Positions 59,849-64,000 of a stretch of DNA of 64,000 nt are shown here, piece after piece. This stretch comes from a virus. The notes under the pieces are model-generated. The model was given only the letters and a program-made list of their open reading frames with translations. It made no database searches and had not been told where the DNA came from. Position numbers and translations under genes: made by a program. Numbering within the stretch: position 1 is the first letter of the stretch; each line of letters begins with the position of its first letter. The stretch is taken from IMG/VR virus record IMGVR_UViG_3300035698_011578, positions 1 through 64,000 of that record, one strand, 5' to 3'.

Positions 59849-60931
59849 ATGAAAAAAAGATTTTTAGTAGCAGTCACGGGTGGAATCTCAGCATATAAAT
59901 CAGCAAGTATTATATCAGCACTGTTAATTAATGGTCACGATGTTAAAGTTATTGCTACTGATAATGCTTCCAATTTTGTAACAACAAATGTGTTGAATGT
60001 AATCAGCAAAGATAATTATATAACTGAAACACCAGGTGAAACAAAACATATAGATTTAGCTAAGTGGTGTGATATCTTCTTAATGGTCCCTGCTACTGCA
60101 AATACTATAGCGAAAATTAGTAACGGCTTAGCCGATAATTTAGTAACAACATCCTTTCTTGCATTACCTAAAGATAAGATTAAAATTATCTGTCCTGCTA
60201 TGAACACAATGATGTGGGAGAACGAGGCAACAATTACAAACATCGAAAAGATTAAAAAGTTTTCGAACTTATATATAATTGAACCTGCTTATGGTCAATT
60301 AGCTTGTGGTGATATTGGCGCAGGAAAACTCCCAAAAACTAGAGAAATTATATCAGAAATAACTAAAATGATTGAGGTGAAAACTTGGTCATTCCCATTG
60401 GTTAACCCAATGATTGGGCCAACAAAAGATTCTTTTTCATATCTTGATTTTGACTGGAGAAAAGAGGTTCAGATACCCGTGAATAGTCATGTGGGCTCAT
60501 TTGGGGTACGTAGGAAGCACGATATACACAAAGGTATAGATTTATACGCCGAAGTAGGAACCTCTGTGTACGCAGTCGAGGATGGCTTTGTGTGTGAGGT
60601 GTGTCCATTTACCGGTGAAATTGCCGGGTTCCCATGGTGGGAAAATACATATGGTGTTTACGTCGAAGGTGATAGCGGGGTCGTTGTTTATGGTGAAATA
60701 TTACCAGAAGAAGGATTGAAAGAGGGAGATATTATTGAAAAAGGACAACTTATTGGTACTGTTCTAAGAGTACTTAAAAAAGATAATGGTAGACCACTTT
60801 CAATGTTACACTTAGAGTTACATAAGAGAACACATTTACATATAGGTAGATGGGAAATCGGAGAGGAATTACCAGAGGGATATATCAACCCAACAGAATT
60901 TTTATTAAAATCAACTAAACTGACAAAGTAA
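59849..60931 (+). CDS. coaC: Phosphopantothenoylcysteine decarboxylase (CoaC-like flavoprotein) fused to an M23 peptidase domain
   Basis: VTGGISAYK, HIDLA, PATAN..AK..GLADN, PAMN, LACG..G.GKL; then HKGIDL..V.AV.DG..YG..G.LIG.V..LHLE. Confidence 0.85.
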   Translation: MKKRFLVAVTGGISAYKSASIISALLINGHDVKVIATDNASNFVTTNVLNVISKDNYITETPGETKHIDLAKWCDIFLMVPATANTIAKISNGLADNLVTTSFLALPKDKIKIICPAMNTMMWENEATITNIEKIKKFSNLYIIEPAYGQLACGDIGAGKLPKTREIISEITKMIEVKTWSFPLVNPMIGPTKDSFSYLDFDWRKEVQIPVNSHVGSFGVRRKHDIHKGIDLYAEVGTSVYAVEDGFVCEVCPFTGEIAGFPWWENTYGVYVEGDSGVVVYGEILPEEGLKEGDIIEKGQLIGTVLRVLKKDNGRPLSMLHLELHKRTHLHIGRWEIGEELPEGYINPTEFLLKSTKLTK

Positions 60932-61096
60932 TGAGGAAAATATTTTATGATTGGGTATCATATGAATGGTGGAGGTGGTTTTTGGAAATTCAACACTAAG
61001 CGATTATTAAAATTTTTATTAATAATCAATTTTACCACATTGTTAATCGTAGCAGCTTTATTATTAAAAAGTTATTATTAAAAAGTTAAAAAAAAT

Positions 61097-61813
61097 ATGA
61101 AAAAAATATTAATCACATCAGGTGGAACTAGAGAATATATTGATTCAGTAAGAGTCTTAACTAATATTAGCACAGGTAAATTGGGTGCCAAAATTGCTAA
61201 TAAATTTTTATCAGAAAATGCAAGTGATAAATTTATTTTTGTTGATAAAGAAGGGTTTTTCCTTAATAGGAAACAAGATATTAAATATAAAGTTTATTAT
61301 GTTGCGCCTAAATCGGCTAAGCAACCAGAACTAATGGAATTTGTAAAGGATAATGAGTTCTCTTATATTGAGATAACAGATGTGAATTCTGTTTGTAAAG
61401 TAATGGAAGAACTTGTTCCTGAAATGGATGTTGTTATCCACTTAATGGCAGTTTCAGATTTCGGTTTCAAACCAGCATCTACCAAACTAAAAAGTTCAGA
61501 CCCAATTGCATTCATTGAGTCTTTGAAAGATAGAGTATATCAAACACCAAAGATTTTACCTTTAATCAAAAAGTGGAATCCTCTTTGTAAATTAGTATCA
61601 TTCAAATTTGAAGTTGGTTTAGAGCACGAAGATTTAGTTAGTATTGCTAGAAAATCTATGAAAGGTGGTAGTTCTGATTTAGTCATAGCAAATGATAAAG
61701 TTGAAATGGTCGAAAACAATTCACATATTGCTTATGCAATAACTGAAGACAATGAGACTAAATTAAACTCAAAAGATGAGATTGTTGAATATTTATATCT
61801 TAATTTAATCTAA
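61097..61813 (+). CDS. coaB: Phosphopantothenate-cysteine ligase (CoaB-like)
   Basis: ITSGGTREYIDSVR..TNISTGKLG, H.MAVSDF, TPKIL, FKFE, VIAND. Confidence 0.88.
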   Translation: MKKILITSGGTREYIDSVRVLTNISTGKLGAKIANKFLSENASDKFIFVDKEGFFLNRKQDIKYKVYYVAPKSAKQPELMEFVKDNEFSYIEITDVNSVCKVMEELVPEMDVVIHLMAVSDFGFKPASTKLKSSDPIAFIESLKDRVYQTPKILPLIKKWNPLCKLVSFKFEVGLEHEDLVSIARKSMKGGSSDLVIANDKVEMVENNSHIAYAITEDNETKLNSKDEIVEYLYLNLI

Positions 61814-62459
61814 TAATAATTGATTTAAGATCTTCATATAGTTTTATTTCGATTAAATGACCATATTTAAATAACGATCTTCTAATAAATACATATGTTT
61901 CTTCTAAATTATATTTAGATGATCGTTGTTTACGCTTAATTTCTATATTATTCTCATATTTATAGATGTTTGCTATTTTTGAAAAATTTTCAATTAAAGT
62001 TAAATTGACTTCTTCTAAAATATCCTTACCCTTTGTTGATTCAGGTATAAATATTTTTTTATCAATCACATCATCTGGGTGTCGAAGTGAGATTATAGTT
62101 TGATAATGATTTTGTTCATATTTCATTTCAAATCCCATTTCTTGGAGTCTTTTTAATAGAGTAATCTCAGAGTCTCTCATCTCTATTATTGTCTCTATAT
62201 CTGATTTAGAAAGATGTCTAAACCCAATAACAATTCGATAAGATTTAAATAAATTAAGATTAAAATTCATATAATCACTAATTCTACCTAAGTTACGTGA
62301 ATAATCACTGCGACCTATAAATGTTTCCACATCGACTTTACCAATATCAATAAAATCATAAAGAAGTCCTTTAATGTCATGTACCCTCTCATACTCAACG
62401 ACTATATCATCGGCCCAGTGAGATTCTTCAAAAACTTTAAATAATTTAATATTCTTCAT
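61800..62459 (-). CDS. Hypothetical protein
   Basis: MKNIKLFKVFEE. Confidence 0.7.
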   Translation of the reverse strand: MKNIKLFKVFEESHWADDIVVEYERVHDIKGLLYDFIDIGKVDVETFIGRSDYSRNLGRISDYMNFNLNLFKSYRIVIGFRHLSKSDIETIIEMRDSEITLLKRLQEMGFEMKYEQNHYQTIISLRHPDDVIDKKIFIPESTKGKDILEEVNLTLIENFSKIANIYKYENNIEIKRKQRSSKYNLEETYVFIRRSLFKYGHLIEIKLYEDLKSIIIRLN

Positions 62460-62478
62460 AGACTATATATATTAAAAG

Positions 62479-63147
62479 TTAATATATTTTTTTAGAAACT
62501 TCTATACTTGCTTTTATATCATTTTCACAATATTCCGCTATCTTTCCTGTCTTATTTTCCCAGTAAGCTAAATGTACTTCAGAACCATTCATATCCACCT
62601 TTGGTGAGTCTATATCTAATTCATATGCTACTTCATCAAATGAGAATGCCCATGCGAATTTTTGTTTCCAATCCTCGGATAAATCTGTTATTCTAGCATC
62701 CCATGGCTTCTTATCATACATATAAATAATATTAGCAGGTTCTATTCCATATTTATGTAACTTGTGTAACACCCAAGGGATATCAAAGTAAAGGATTCTA
62801 AATCCACATAAGTTAAAGTTCTTTTTCTCTATCTTCTTTAATAGGTTATTGAAAGATTCAACAATAAGTTTTTCATCATCACCATAAAATGATCGTATTT
62901 GACTAACTTCACTGTTATCAATATAACCAAAAGCTATACATACGATTTTACCAAATGTTGAAACAATTCCCGCATTATCTAAATATGCCTCATCTATTGA
63001 TGAATATTTATCTACCCAATTTAATTTATTATATTTCTTCTCGAATAATTTAGCACCTCTTTCATCATTTAGTTTAAATCTATTATAATCTGGGTGTGCA
63101 CCGGCAGTCTCTATATCAAAATGGAATAAGTCGTTAGTCATCATCAT
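62479..63147 (-). CDS. PolB-related 3'-5' exonuclease (DEDDy)
   Basis: FDIET, GKIVCI, FDIP, MNGSEV, IAEYCENDI. Confidence 0.85.
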   Translation of the reverse strand: MMMTNDLFHFDIETAGAHPDYNRFKLNDERGAKLFEKKYNKLNWVDKYSSIDEAYLDNAGIVSTFGKIVCIAFGYIDNSEVSQIRSFYGDDEKLIVESFNNLLKKIEKKNFNLCGFRILYFDIPWVLHKLHKYGIEPANIIYMYDKKPWDARITDLSEDWKQKFAWAFSFDEVAYELDIDSPKVDMNGSEVHLAYWENKTGKIAEYCENDIKASIEVSKKIY

Positions 63148-63358
63148 CTATTATTAATTTTATTTTATTGTTTCGTTTAATGTCTTCTGTTAATGTTGTT
63201 AACCTTCTTTGGTCAGCACATAGATAGCATCTACTGCCTTGAAATGGGTAATGTAGTGAAAATATATATGAACATTCTTCACAATAATAATTACCACAAA
63301 TATCACATACCGAATCTTCTTCGATATATCTATTATAACATATATAACAATGACACAT
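63134..63358 (-). CDS. Small Cys-rich zinc-finger protein
   Basis: Four CxxC; ends KRNNKIKLII. Confidence 0.65.
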   Translation of the reverse strand: MCHCYICYNRYIEEDSVCDICGNYYCEECSYIFSLHYPFQGSRCYLCADQRRLTTLTEDIKRNNKIKLIIDDDD

Positions 63359-63424
63359 ATTTATTTTAGTGAAAAAACTTAATATGTTTACATAAAAAAC
63401 ATTTTTAAAAATAATATATAGATT

Positions 63425-64000
63425 ATGAAATATTTAAATGGTTATCGATTGTTTGAAGCTAAGAAATTGAATGAATACGATAATTTAATGGGTAAGATGT
63501 TGCACCTTTACGGCTCAATACCATTGGAGAAGGAAAAAGCATCAATTGTTATTGCTAAAATTATATATGGCCCTACTCATGGTGAGTATTACAGATTAGG
63601 ACAAGATGTTGATATTAAAAATCAAAAAGACCACGATAAGGTCAGATTTAAAGATTATTTTGATTCTTTATTAAAATCAAAAGATTCTAGAGGTCATAAC
63701 TTTGAGGGAACAATAGCCGGGTTATATGATGGTGAGTTAGCAAAACGTGGTGAGAAATGGGACCTAGTTATAGGTGGTGAAACATGGAGTCTTAAATTTG
63801 TTGATCAAGCATCTAAGGCACCTGAAATTGGGAGCTTTAAGAAAACCATTTTAATATATGATAGGAAAAGACTAGAGGTTTATGCAGAAGAATTAGGACT
63901 TAAAAAAAGAATAGATTATAAAGCATCAACTAAAAACCAAGACTTACTAAAAAAATTAATAGAATTAGATACAGACTCAGAGTTAGAAGGGTTTTATTTA
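63425..64000 (+). CDS. Hypothetical protein, truncated by window end
   Basis: Open frame MKYLNGYRLFEA... to 64000; RGHNFEG..WDL..SLK weakly nuclease-like. Confidence 0.65.
   Translation, partial: MKYLNGYRLFEAKKLNEYDNLMGKMLHLYGSIPLEKEKASIVIAKIIYGPTHGEYYRLGQDVDIKNQKDHDKVRFKDYFDSLLKSKDSRGHNFEGTIAGLYDGELAKRGEKWDLVIGGETWSLKFVDQASKAPEIGSFKKTILIYDRKRLEVYAEELGLKKRIDYKASTKNQDLLKKLIELDTDSELEGFYL

Noticed and set aside
60931-60999. Trp-rich 22-aa ORF MRKIFYDWVSYEWWRWFLEIQH as a third attenuator leader
   Set aside because: No own promoter, no MxTIxNIA scaffold, only a weak AT-rich hairpin downstream and no Trp-related gene follows; more likely a remnant.
1-64000. Stop-codon reassignment as in some huge phages
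   Set aside because: Long genes are intact in the standard code, and the broken genes are frameshifts rather than in-frame TAG/TGA.

Overview
AT-rich window from a large lytic T4-like (myovirus, jumbo/huge-phage type) genome; no host chromosomal genes are visible. It encodes virion and packaging genes (tail sheath, tail tube, gp25, gp26/gp51-like, gp15-like, small and large terminase), a gp55-like late sigma factor, clamp loader, Mre11/gp47, thymidine kinase, class II RNR, endolysin, CoaC/CoaB, RNA-repair enzymes, several homing endonucleases and two tRNA clusters. TAnnTTTG/TTTG promoters and no Shine-Dalgarno sequences point to a Bacteroidota host. The main finding is that both elongator-tRNA operons are preceded by unannotated, related leader peptides whose control codons match the downstream tRNAs (YYYEE before Tyr/Glu/Tyr; all four Gly codons before two tRNA-Gly). 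Each leader has an antiterminator/terminator pair, which suggests ribosome-stalling attenuators that switch on replacement tRNAs when the cognate tRNA is depleted. Other notable features: a large terminase fractured by an atypically split intein, a radical SAM gene split by a GIY-YIG gene with no intron or intein, two recurring short peptide motifs tied to two promoter classes, a D-armless tRNA-like gene, and a cassette-like insertion bounded by direct and inverted repeats. All functional calls come from motif recognition by eye; no database searches or folding computations were run.
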